From Takakia lepidozioides (lineage: Eukaryota > Plantae > Bryophyta), in NCBI GenBank assembly GCA_030704615.1, contig CM060732.1:33790001-33854000 (forward strand): DNA of 64,000 nt. Direction: 5' to 3'. This document shows, piece after piece, positions 1-11,583 of the stretch. Made by a program: the position numbers and the translations under genes. A model generated the notes under the pieces. The model made no database searches. It was not told the DNA's origin and saw only the letters and a program-made list of their open reading frames with translations. Position 1 is the first letter of the stretch; every line of letters starts with the position of its first letter.

Positions 1-99
1 AGCTCCTGACTGTTTTGTTGAGCTAATCTGTCTCTCCTCCCCCAATAGAAGAAAAAGTGTTGAGCAGGATCTCTAATCTTATGTGTGCATTCTTGACAG

Positions 100-3000
100 A
101 CGAAAATTCAGCAGGATTTGGCACATGCGCGGAGGTTCTACATGGAGTCAGAGGAGAAGAATCTAACCCTCCCGGCACTCGAATCGTATCTCAAAGCTGC
201 GGAGGTGAGGGCCCGCATAAAGTACAAGTCGCGGATGGTAAAGTACGTGGCCATAGCTGATCCCGCCCTTGGTGCCGACTTTCTGGTGGAGGTGGGGAAG
301 CACTACTCCCGCGCTCTGAAGCCCACGATGACATTGGAGAAGCTCCATCATCTAGCCACATCCTGTGTGGATGGTGCAGAAAAGGTGATACATTCTTAAC
401 CAAATTGTGGTGGCAACAACTCGTTTTTGTGGTGTTTGGCGCTTACGAATATGCTGGGTGGTTGGACAGACCTGGTGGCTCCAAATCTGGAATGGTTCCC
501 AAAGTACAAGGGACATGTGGAGCTTCCCCAAACCGGACAAACTGTCTGACCCCACATTCGACATGTGGATGAACTGCATGACATGGTGGTTTCAGGTACT
601 TCCCCACGCTTCGTTTGGCGCTTCTACTCTTGTAGGGGGTGGATTCATTGTATTTTTTCAGCAATGCGATCTGATGGAGAATCTCCACAGGTGACGACAA
701 ATGCGCAAGAGCAGCTGGATACACAAGCACATCAGTTCAAGATGGAGATTTCTCCTGCAGCAGAGAGCCTACGCGACTATGTGACGAGGTACTTTCTGCT
801 CTACAAAACCGACCTATTCTTTCGGGAGATACCACATGCCCGCCGGAGCCACGAGTTCACCGACCAGCCGAACGCGGACAAAGCAGCAATGCGCCTTCTG
901 TACAGGTACATACGCGATGCCTTCCTTTCAGTCCTTGCATTTTTCGCCGAATTTCCAGATCAGGGCTCCGAAAATGGCTAAGTCCCTAGGGTGGCTGGCC
1001 CTGAACTGGAAATTCGGCGCCATTTTTCCAGGTCAAGGCCATATCATTTTCGGGCCGGACCTTGGAAAATGGCGCCGACTTTCCAGTCAGGGCTCCGTAA
1101 ATGGCTTAAGTCCCTAGGGTGGCTGGCCCTGAACTGGAAATTCGGCGCCATTTTTCCAGTTCTGGGCCCTATTGCCTTTGTGGGACTTAGCCATTTTCGG
1201 GCCGGACCTGGGAAAATGGCGCCGAATTTCCAGTCAGGGCTCCGAAAATGGCTAAGTCCCTAGGGTGGCTGGCCCTGAACTGGAAATTCGGCGCCATTTT
1301 TCCAGTTCTGGGCCCTATTGCCGTTCTGGGACTTAGCCATCTTCGGGCCAAACCGGGAAAAATGGTGCCGAATTTCCAGTTCAGGGCTCCCAAGATGGCT
1401 AAGTCCCTAGGGTGGCAGTCACCGAAAACCGAAATTCGGCGCCATTTTTCCATTTCTAGGCCTAGTCAGATCCGCCCCAACCTGGGAAAATGGTGCCGAA
1501 TTTGCAGTTCAGGGACCTCATTGTGTTTTTCATGAATGCAGATACTGCAAGTTCCTTTTGGAGAAAGGTCATCTGTCTTTCGAGCCACCATTCTTCCTGG
1601 CATGGAGGAACCCTGGGGCTGACTCCATGTACACTGACGATATTGTGAAGGAGTGGCATCTGGAACATTTGCGTGATTGCCCTTGGTATGTGGACCTTCC
1701 GCCCGACATGCTCGACCCATCCGAGTTTCAATTGAAGCTGGATGTTGAGGCCCGACGAAACCGGGCTCCGCTGCCTCCGCTGGGTGCAAAAGAGGCAAAA
1801 GCGCTTGCGAACTCCAGGAAAGCGGCAGAGCTTGCTCAGGCAGGAATTCAGGAGAAATTGAATGAGAAGAGTAAAGGCCAAAGGAAAAGGACAAGGAAAC
1901 AGGTGAGTGCAGTAACACCCAAAAAACAGAAAACCATCGGGGCATCGGAGCAGGCACAGGAGGGGACCCAAGAGAGTGACTCGGACGACGACTTTGTTCA
2001 AGGTCCTGCGACTGCTGTTGCTGCTACCCAGTCACCGGTCGTCCGGGTTCCCAAGTCAGTTCGGAGTGGGACTGGCTCTGCCAAGAAGTTGGCATTTGAG
2101 GGCGAGCCTACACGGCGGTATTCGGCGGTGACGTTTACGCACAGGCCAAAGCTAGAACCTCCAACCATCATCCAATGCGTCAATGAGAGCTTCCTTGACG
2201 CTCTCGCTGCCAGGGCGAAGAAGGTGGCACACAGCAAGTCTCTGGCGGAGCAGAAGGGGAAAGCCAAGAAGAGGGCTGCCGGTACAGAGCCTAAAGACAC
2301 CCCTGGTTTTGAAGCCATGATGGAATTCTTCACGGCTGTGAGCACGGATTGCAAGAGCACTCGGGGGGGGGGGGGGGTTCAGGTGGAGAGAGCTTGCGAC
2401 ATGATTCTCCTCGATATTCAAGATGGGGAGCTGCTGGAGGGCCTGGATGGTGTGCCCACCTGGAACAGGTTTACTGAGGACTACTGGAAAGCCGGGTTTG
2501 GGCTGGCGGGGATGCTTCTGGATGACGGTGGATGTGTGGTTGTCCTTGCCACAAGAGGGAAGACCACAGAGAATGCGGTGGCAAGGTGGACACCGAAAAG
2601 TGTCACCCCGGTCCTCCTCAGAAAATGGTTCTGCATCAATACACAGGGGTTGCGAACAGAGGGCCAAAGTGTAAGTTATCAATCTATTGCATTCACCTCA
2701 TATTGTGGTGTATCTAAACAAGATCCCGGAGTTGATCCCTATTTTGTTGGATGTGTAGACATTGGTGTTTGAGGCATATTGCTTTGTGAAGAGAGGGTCT
2801 ACGTTCAAATTCCGCAACGACGGTCGTCTTGTTGATGCCGCTGTGGACCCTGTTACCTACGATGTCCTCTACAACTATGTGCCCCACTCCACTATGTCGA
2901 AGGACACAAAGACAGGCAAACCGTGGCGGTACAGCCGGACCCGGAGCCTTGCTTTCATCCAAACCCTCATGGAGACGTGCTCGGATGTCCAAGGGCGGAT

Positions 3001-3889
3001 TCTGGACCTCACATGCGGCACGGGTAAGCCTTCACGTGCTCAGTTTGTCCCCTGGCCCGATTGCAATTGCATGCCGCAAGCTATTAACCGCCCGCTTTGT
3101 TCCTCAGGTGCTTCAATGTGGGCAGGGACGTTGTCCGACAGGCATGTGTTCGCCTTCAAGCCAGATACTGCCCTCCATAACTCGGAACTTGCAGCGGCTG
3201 AACGTCTGCCAAAAGAGGAAGAGGCATCCTCGGAGGATGAGGAAAAATCCGAGAAGGAGCAGGGGGAGGAACAAGTTGGGATCGAGGCCGAGGAGCCCCC
3301 GGTGTACGAGTGAGTGGTCGCATTGTAAGTTGCCTCCAGATTTCGTGAGGCACCTCCCTTCGCTCTCTTATTTCATTGAAAACCCTTTCTGCTTCTGCTG
3401 GTATTGACATTCTTGAAGTGGATTTGTTCTTACTGTAGGATGCCAAGTACGGCAGGAGGGACGTCTACACCGGAGTTCATGGGCAGGAGGAACGTGCCTT
3501 TTTTTGCCAAGGGGGATTTCATGCCTAGTCCAGAAAGGGAGTACATCCTTCCTACTTATGCTGCCCGGCTTGCTTCGGTGTCCATTAGGAGGTGTTCCAA
3601 ACCTAGTCATGTATAGCAGATTTTAGACGAGGCAAGCCTCAAGAAAATGAAGGTGAGGGAGGAGGCAGCAGCTATTAGAGCCCGTCGGGCTCGTAGATTT
3701 GTGTTGGATTCTGCAGAGGAAAGTGGGGGAAAAGAGGCAGAAGATTCCCAGGAGGTGAGGGGGACAGTCCCCCAAGGAGAGGACGACATTTTTGAGAGGC
3801 ATACTGCAACCGATGCATCACAGAGCTCGGAGGATGAGGGGGATGAGGAAGAAGGAGGGCCAAGTTCCTCGGAAGGTGTAGGAGAGTAG
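100..3889 (+). pseudogene. Cargo gene of copy A (5' part outside window): helical region + beta-class DNA amino-methyltransferase-like domain + acidic tail
   Basis: GT-AG exons approx. 100-595, 691-905, 1542-2670, 2759-3023, 3108-3309 and 3439-3889 join in frame, apart from a frameshift near 390 and a TAG at 3614. The spliced product reads CDMILLDIQDG...W...LAGMLLDDGGCVVVL and RSLAFIQTLMETCSDVQGRILDLTCGTG|ASMWAGTLSDRHVFAFKPD, i.e. motif IV before motifs X-I-II. Confidence 0.75.
950..1515. repeat. Intronic array of ~150-bp units with internal inverted repeats; core GGAAATTCGGCGCCATTTTTCC in alternating orientation
   Basis: Recurring AAGTCCCTAGGGTGGCTGGCCCTGAACTGGAAATTCGGCGCC and GGAAAATGGCGCCGAATTTCC. 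The array lies entirely within intron 906-1541 of the cargo gene. Confidence 0.9.
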
Positions 3890-4261
3890 TTCCCATTCCT
3901 GCTATGACAGTTAGGACACACTTGTATAGACGTGGCTTGCCACCAAATTTGCAATAAAATGTTGCATTTCATTGCTATGACGAGTCCACATGACCCTATT
4001 TCCGTGCCTCCTAACCCTATTTCCGTGGACACAATTCGGCCCGCTCATGCTTTTTTCCGCTCATGCTCATGCCGCTCATGAAATAGCAGCCCCCCTCTCA
4101 CGTGATCTTCTCTGGGGCAATGGCAATACGTGCCCCCATTGGCCGGCAACGGCTATCCACACAGGCGATCGAAAATGACTGGGGCTAGAAGGGGCTTGAC
4201 AGAGAAGGTGCCACGACATTACGGGAAGAAATTGTGCTAAAACCACCGGCGTCCTAAAACC

Positions 4262-4632
4262 ACCGACCTTGGTATTTCGGCGCCGAATTTCCCAAGAGCA
4301 GTGTGCTAAAGTGGTGTTTTGAAGACTTCCACCGGGGTATTTCGGCGCCGAATTTCCCAAGAGCAGTGTGCTAAAGTGGTGTTTTGAAGACTTCCACCGG
4401 GGTATTTCGGCGCCGAAATTCCCTTTTGAAATGTGATATACTGGTGTATTTTATGGCGCAGAGCGGGCTATTTTGGCGCCAAAATACCCAAGTGGAATGT
4501 GCTAAAGTGCTGAAGTGCCTTGTGCTGAAGGCTTCCATCGTGATATTTTGGTGTAGTAATTTCTACGTGGAATTTTATAAGGCCCATATTATGAAGGCAC
4601 ACACTGGGCTATTTCGGTGCCGAAATTCCCAA
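4262..4632. repeat. ~64-bp tandem repeat carrying TATTTCGGCGCCGAATTTCC, outside the copy A terminus
   Basis: Two near-perfect units at about 4271-4400, then degenerate units up to the LTR junction at 4639. Confidence 0.8.
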
Positions 4633-4638
4633 TAGGAA

Positions 4639-5858
4639 TGTTAGAAACGGCAGGGTTTTCATGGCTTCAAGTTCGCGGTTCGCTGGTGTGCATAAATTAC
4701 TTGTAGGGTTCTTTACTTAACTTTGCGTCTCTTCTGCTTTTATTATTACATTGTGGTTTGCGGAAGAAATGTAGGGAATCGGACATGCAGTCTGAACACA
4801 ATGATTTCATAAATCGTCAATATTTTCATTAAGTGTTTCAGAACTGTACAACAGAAGGATCCAAATGAGACTTTGCTATGGCGAGGATCCGCGATCACTG
4901 TCCGATGCATCCCCGGCCTCATGCAAGGATGGCTGCCTTCCACCTGCCTCCGAACCTGCACTGCCGCTACCGCTGTTACTCTGAGAAGCCCTTGTCGAGC
5001 GGCTTTTACTCACCCATCCCTTCGCTATCCGAGGTGGAAACTCCAAGATAGAAGAGTTGGATATCTCTAAGCACTCAGCCCGCTCAGAACAATCAGTCAT
5101 GACCTGCAACTAGTGAATCATGGTTGTGCTTCATATTTGTATTCCTTCCTGCCTTCATGTTATCAGTTTACCTTACCGTGTATACTGAAGCATCAGATTG
5201 CTTTAGTATCTACTAATTTCCAGTTAATTATGCATTCATTCCACAGCTTCTCTCGTGTCTCTCTACACAGTATGTTTGTAACGATTAAGTATCGGATTAA
5301 GATTAATCATGTATCATGCCTATGCCATGGTGTCTCTATTCTATCCTACTGTATAATTCTACAGCTTGCATGAACTAAGCCTCATTCAAGTCATCATCTC
5401 CTCTGCACTGTTTTCCGCTCTTCGTTACGTCTCTTCCTCTCCTGAACAAGTCGCCCTCCTCCCCAAGTGATCCGCTTCCCGCTGCCGCTCTCCTAATCTA
5501 CCCGCAAGCTGTTCTAACCACCTAACTAACTAACTAACCGTCACCCCTGAAGTAACATATTCCCTCTGCAGATGTAGTTCCCTCACAGTCGTTCCCTGTC
5601 AATGATAACTGTTCCCCATGTACTGTGATAGGCTGTGTCAAGCTGTGCGAAGCTGTGTCGGGCTGTGTAAAACTGTGTCGGGCTGTGACTGGCTGTGCAA
5701 AGTTGTGTCGGGCTGTGTAAAGCTGTGTCGGGCTGTGTAACCCCCCTAAAGCCCGCTCCTGCCACCCCTAAGGCCCCTGTTGGTCTCAGTCTGCGCAAAA
5801 ATTAAGGGTACCCCATAGAACCCGTAAAAGCGCCTAAGTCCCAAGCAGCCCTCTAACA
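4639..5858 (-). repeat. 3' LTR (~1.2 kb)
   Basis: Ends are TGTTAGA...TCTAACA (7-bp inverted termini), with a polypurine tract immediately inside. Confidence 0.8.
5625..5739. repeat. 11-bp minisatellite (GGCTGTG core) within the LTR
   Basis: About 10 tandem NNNGCTGTGNN units. Confidence 0.85.
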
Positions 5859-5896
5859 TTACCCCTCCCCATCTCAAAAAGCCGTGTCCTCACGGT

Positions 5897-8800
5897 TTAC
5901 TGTTTGGGATTAGCAAACCTTTGTGAGCGAGCACCCTTCTGTCGGTGAGAGTCTCGTGAAGGACTCCGTGTGCGAGCTCGAGTCCTGTCACTGGCTGATG
6001 GAGATGATTGAGCACTACCTGGAAATGTCTGACCCTCCTTTGGCTGATAACGAGGTAACCTTTCAGGCATAGGAGATCCCCGCCGTTTCTCCTCTGCCAT
6101 CTGAAGTGCATAGTCCTCTGCCATGTCAAAAGAGTCCTATGAAGAAATAGTAGTATCGGAATCCTCGTCCCCCCGTAGGTGTTTTAAAGGCCGAACTTTA
6201 AGTGGAAGCCTGTGTGGCATACAATGTGGTCCCACTAGTTTAAACTGTACAACTTGCTGTAAGCGCGTGCAAGCAAAATTAGTGAACGCCCTGAACTCCT
6301 TATCTGTATAGGTGAGAAGTGTGCCAATGACTTTGGAATAGTGTAAGTATTTCCAGGCTTCATGTCCCTTAAAGAAAATATCCTCAGGGCCGAATTTCTG
6401 TGTTGTCAAATTGTTCCAAGCCGAATTAAACCATAAACGAAGTTGGGAATCCTTCTGCAACATAACTTTTGCATCGTATAGGTACATATGAGGTGGCACT
6501 GAAGGTAAGACCCAATGATCCCCACTGGAATAACTCAGAAATCGTGATTGCATATTCTGCTGGTCTTGGTATAGATGTACCCATGTACAACCTGGAAGGC
6601 AATTAATTCCTTCAGCATGGTACTTGCCTCAGACCAGTACCTGGCAAAGTGATGATCCTCAATGGGTCGATTGTTTGGAAGAACCTTAGTCCGAGTTGCC
6701 ACCGGCAACCAAATGCGCATGATCTGGTAGTAATGTGCCAACGAATGCGGAGGACTAAATTCCTTCCAAGCCAAATCCAGCACAATGGGAATTTGGTTGA
6801 AGGGCATAATCATAGCCCGACTGTACTCCCGTGCAGCAGGAGTCCTAGGTGGGTTAAAAGCAGCATCCCCCCATACCTCAGGCTGTGGTTTGGCTGTAGT
6901 AGCAACAGGGTCAGCTACCTGCACAGGCACCTGCTGTGGTATTGGTACCACTGGCCATTCTACCACTGACATCTCTTGCACCCCCTCCGAAGAAGACTGA
7001 AAAATTAGAGTCCTGACATGTAAATAAGTAGCCATCAGCTGCTCCTCAGGAATAAAGACTCTCTTGTCAATATTTGAACTCAGGTCATCCACTTAAGTCT
7101 GCAGGCCTTCCACATCATCCTGTAACTCTGCTATTCTACTATAGACATTGTCTATAATAGTTGTGGCAATGTTCTGCACCTACAATCTGAGCTCATTCAT
7201 CTCGCCCTGGGTGAGCTTCCGTGGTGCTTTGCCTTCTACCGGCCCTTGTGCTAACCAGACCTGCATAAGGTGGTTATCCGCCAAGTCTTGTGTGGCACCC
7301 CTGAGAGTCTTCTCCTCCCTGAGTCTGTACACATCTAACTGCTGCTGTAGAGCCTCCATGCGCTTCACATGAGGTTCAACCAGGCCCGCATAGGCAGCAG
7401 CCAGATTATTGGGTTCCGTCCAAGCCTTGTTAGCCACTAAGAGTTCATTTCTATTGACCATGACTGTTTGTTGCAACTCCAGGATGTACCTCTCTTGGTC
7501 AGCCTCAACCTGTCTGTATTGTTTGAAAGTATTCTCATTGCAACAGATTGTATCCTTCATATCAACAATGAGTTTCGTTTGCTCTATTATCTCAGCTTCT
7601 GCCCTCATACATATCTGCCCTTGTCTGTTAACTTCTAATGCAGTTTGCTCTAGAGTAGTTGTGAATGTAGCACATTGTATTGGTCATCCTCTGATGTACT
7701 GCTTCCAACTCTGTATGTAGTAAGTTCACTTCTTGCAACTTGCCCTCATGCTTCACCTGCAATTGGTATAACTGTTGCTTATGTGCTTCATGCAATTGGT
7801 CCTGCTCGAGACCTACTTCATTCAAATGTCTCTTGGCCAACTGCAAGGCAGCCTTTGTGTCCTCCAACTCTTGCTGTAACTTGAGATTGACCTCCTCATC
7901 TACCTTGTTAGCACACTCAGTGGCAATTCGAGCCTCAAACTCCTTCCTGAGTTCCTCTCTCAAAGCTGCCAATTGGGTAGATGGAACATGGGATTTCACA
8001 TAGGTGCCCAACAAATTAAGTGTCCTGCCTATGGAACTCATAAGCATGGCCTGCTGGGGGTCATCATGGTGAATTTGCTACTGTTCTCCCTGATCCTCCA
8101 CAGTGTGATGCCTCACCAACCATTCAGGCCATTGCCCCACCAGATCCTCTTCCTGAACCACCTCATCCTCCACAGGTGCTGCAGTGTCCTTATATTCTAC
8201 CCCTGGTACCTCCGTCACAGGTGTAGGTATTATATGCACAGCAGGGTTTTCCTTGGACAAACGCTGCACCTCTGGAACCACTGATTCCCTTACCAAGCCA
8301 GAATTTTCATAGAGAAGGTCACCCTTCTCAATTTCAGCCACGACCTGCTCTGTAGTTGGAATGTCCAACCTTTCTCCGTCTAAAGCAATTGGGGGTGGTG
8401 TCACAACATGTTTTAACTGTGGAACCTCTAAGACAACTGAGTCAACTGGCTGTGGTGGCTGTGGTACCAAATTGACTGCCTCTTCATTCTCCGAAGGCCG
8501 TGCTTCCAATAATAACAGCCCTATGTGCTGTTGTGCCCCATCCTGCACAAGAGCTTGGGAAACATCATTTTGCGGTTTTCCGTGAAGCCAGTGGATCCGC
8601 CACTACAGTTATACCCCGCTTCTGTCTCTTAGACTGGTGTTGCCCTGCCAGTCCACCCTCACTATGTGAAGAGCCCTGCTCTTCAGTTATAGCAGTTACT
8701 GCCTCAAACACTCCCATCTCCTTACGTTTCCGAGTATCAAGTATGCAAGAGTCAAGAATGATTTGGGCAAATGACTGGACCAGACACAATGATCGGAGAC

Positions 8801-9365
8801 TTAGCAGCAGTGCCCTGTAACCTCTTCATCTCGTCCACCAGACCATTGTACATTAACTCCGCCCAAGCTACATCCTCTCCCCTCAAAGCTTTCAGGATTT
8901 CCTCTGTGAATGACCTGCTTAAATATTGTTGGTTCTGTTTCATAGCAAACAGAACGTTCAATATTTGGCCAACTTCTCTTAGCCCTGGGTACTCGGCTTT
9001 GGTACAAGCGTAACCTTGAGTCTTAAAGAAACTCCCTTCTTGGAACAAATTCCCTAACTGCAATCTTGCCCTGTGCTCATCTACATCCACATGACCTGAT
9101 GGCAAATCAAACAATTGCTGGAAGTACTGGGGAGTAATTTCTATATCTACTCCCCTCACTTGGGGGTAACTCCCGTCCGAGGCTCAAAGTTCTGAAGAAA
9201 TTGAATCATATACTGCTGATGATGCAAGGACCAGTCCTTGCGTAGCAGCCCCTCTAATCGCAACTCCCTCAGCAGCTGCACTGCCTACGGTGTAACAATT
9301 GTTTGCTTCTGCAGAATCGTGGTGCTCTTCACCCTGATATCCTCCATTCCCCTCACTTTCTTCAT
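5897..9365 (-). pseudogene. Extra ORF of the LTR element downstream of pol (plant-transposon-protein/env-like position; coiled-coil middle, RS-rich end), disrupted
   Basis: Chain of same-strand ORFs from ATG 9365: ...MIQFLQNF...VRGVDIEITPQYFQQLFDLP, coiled-coil blocks at 7180-8047, and a basic RSPSRDS tail. Broken by stops and frameshifts. Confidence 0.6.
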
Positions 9366-10129
9366 TCTAGACAAACAAAAAGGCCTTGTTTGAAACAACT
9401 GAAGGAAAGCTTGTAGGGCACAGAGCATGAAGGTATGGTTGGCACAGAATGGAACATGTAAGTGCGTGTAAGCCTGTGGGGCTTGTAAGTATCGAGTGAG
9501 AGAAAATGTACTCTCAATTCGTCCGTCCTTGCGTCACTGCGTGAGAAGTAAAGCGAGTGTGTAATCCGTTATATCCGCCATAGCTACAAAGCTAGTGTTT
9601 TGATTGCCCCTCCCGTCGAGACACTGGCTATTCGGAGCCACCCCGACTCTTCCGCTCATAACACTTCCTATTTCTTGTTCTTGTTTCTTGGAGGGAACCA
9701 CCTGCATGTAATTCGCACTCCTGATTGGCTGTTGCCTGCTTCGGTAACTTCTTAATTCCACCCCCCTCCGTGGACATTCCCACCTGGAATGTCCAGTAGG
9801 ACAGCACATGTGGCATAGGTCCCTCTTTTCTGTACTCGGAAAGGGTTCCGTTACCCTTGCTCTGAATGCATTAATGGGCCCACAAATAGTCTTTAGCTGA
9901 TGTACCGGGTAGGTACTTTGACGACCCGATTTGTCCTCTTGCATGATGATACCCACTCTTGCAATCGATGCAGTGCGGTGTGCTTCGCCTTAGTGGCCAT
10001 GTATCCGTTTCTAGACATGCCCCCGACTTCCCCTTTCCGCGTGGCATATTCTCCGAGTTTGACTTCCAAACTTCTTCTTCACTTGATGGCCACTTTTCTG
10101 ACGTTAACCCGCGTCCATCTGTCACTGAC

Positions 10130-11509
10130 CTAATGGACTGTGTAACCTGCATGGGCTGTGTTGGGCTGTGACAGGCTGTGTGGCAATGTGGTGGGCTGTG
10201 ATAGGCTGTGTGACATTGTGATGGGCTGTGATAAGCTGTGATGAGCTGTGATAGGCTGTGTCACGCTGTGATGGGCTGTGATAGGCTGTGTTGGGTTGTG
10301 ATAGGCTGTGTGGCACTGTGGTGGGCTGTGATATCTATGCAAACACCTGTACTTCCCGCCCTGGTCATACACGCTCGGCTTAGCGACAAGTGCTCCGTAT
10401 TCCGTTGGTATCACTGGCGCAGCCCGTGACTGTTTTTGCGTTTCAACATGCAAATCGTGTTGCAATGGTTTGTCATGGATACCACTGTATCCCTTCAACT
10501 TATTGGCATTGACTCTTTCCAGCATTTCTTTGTTAATGGTTTGTAACATGGCGGTGTTATTATCATACATCTTCTGTATGACATAAGGTCCTTTCCATGG
10601 TGATTTAAGCTTAGAATCTTTAATCTTCCCTTTCTTCTGCAACCACAGTACCAAATCTCCCGTCTTAAAAGTCTTTAATTTACCTTCATTAAACTGATCC
10701 TTCCTCTTCATCTGAATTCTGGTCATGTTATCAGCTGCATCAACACGTACTTCTTCCACATGGTATAATTCATGTTTCCTGACCTTAATTGAATCTTTTA
10801 ATTCCATTCTCCTTCCCCATTCAATTTTCATGGTAGGTAACATTCCACTGGAAGTAAAGCTTCCATACCATAAACTAATTGGAATGGTGTATACTTAGTG
10901 GTGACTTTATATAAAGTCCTGTATGACCACAAAACTGTCAGCAGCTTTGTATCCCAATCTGTTCTGTTTGCATTGACAATCTTAGCCAAGATAGTACATA
11001 GTATTTTGTTGGTAGCCTCTGCCTACCCATTACCCTGTGGATAATAAATTGTACTCTTCCTATGCACAATCATGAACTCTTTAATTAATAGTTCAATGGT
11101 CTGATTAATGAAGTGACTTCCCTGATCACTGATAAATTCCAAGGGACAACCAAATTGTATAAATATATTCTCATACAGGAACCTTGCTGGGGACTTAGCT
11201 ATATTGTCCCTCAGAGCCTTAGCTTTCATCCACTTTGTAGTATAATCAATGGCTGTGATTATATACTTGATCTGTGTATTCTTGGCTGGTAAGTTAATTG
11301 GTCCGACAAAGTCTAGTTCCCATTTCTGAAATGGTTTAGTAGACATCGTAGGATGCAAAGCCATCTTCCCAGATCTCTGCAATGGTTCTAGCCTCTGACA
11401 CTCGTCACAACTATGACAATACTTGTGTACATCATTGAACAAAATAGGCCACCAGTAACCTGCAAGTAGTACCTTTCTACTGGTAGTCTCTTCTCCAAAA
11501 TGACCTCCA
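10130..11509 (-). pseudogene. Gypsy integrase (HHCC, DDE core, GPY motif)
   Basis: GGHFG...YWWP...CHSCDECQR, WELDFVGP, FISDQGSHF, YYPQGNG*AE and WKGPYVI. One internal stop and a frameshift. Confidence 0.9.
10152..10331. repeat. 11-bp minisatellite (GGCTGTG core), same family as the LTR repeat
   Basis: About 16 tandem units such as GATAGGCTGTG and GTGGGCTGTGA. Confidence 0.85.
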
Positions 11510-11583
11510 GGCAGCTAACTATAACCAATGGAGATTCAATTCCATCCACATTTGCAGAAATTCACTCAAGAATAACATTCCAT

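Larger units (their letters stand above)
1..4094. mobile_element. MULE-like element, copy A (subfamily 1), right part only; cargo gene plus terminus
   Basis: Closely matches 53815-57670 in reverse complement. Homology stops exactly at ...CATGAAATAGCAGCCCCC (4094), which defines the terminus (reads GGGGGCTGCTATTTCATGAGCGG from outside in). The left part lies outside the window. Confidence 0.8.
4639..11510 (-). mobile_element. 5'-truncated Ty3/gypsy (non-chromovirus, Athila/Tat-like) LTR retrotransposon: integrase, extra 3' ORF and 3' LTR
   Basis: Integrase motifs on the minus strand, a PPT (GAGATGGGGAGGGG, minus, about 5862-5875) and an adjacent LTR. gag, RT and the 5' LTR are absent. Confidence 0.85.
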
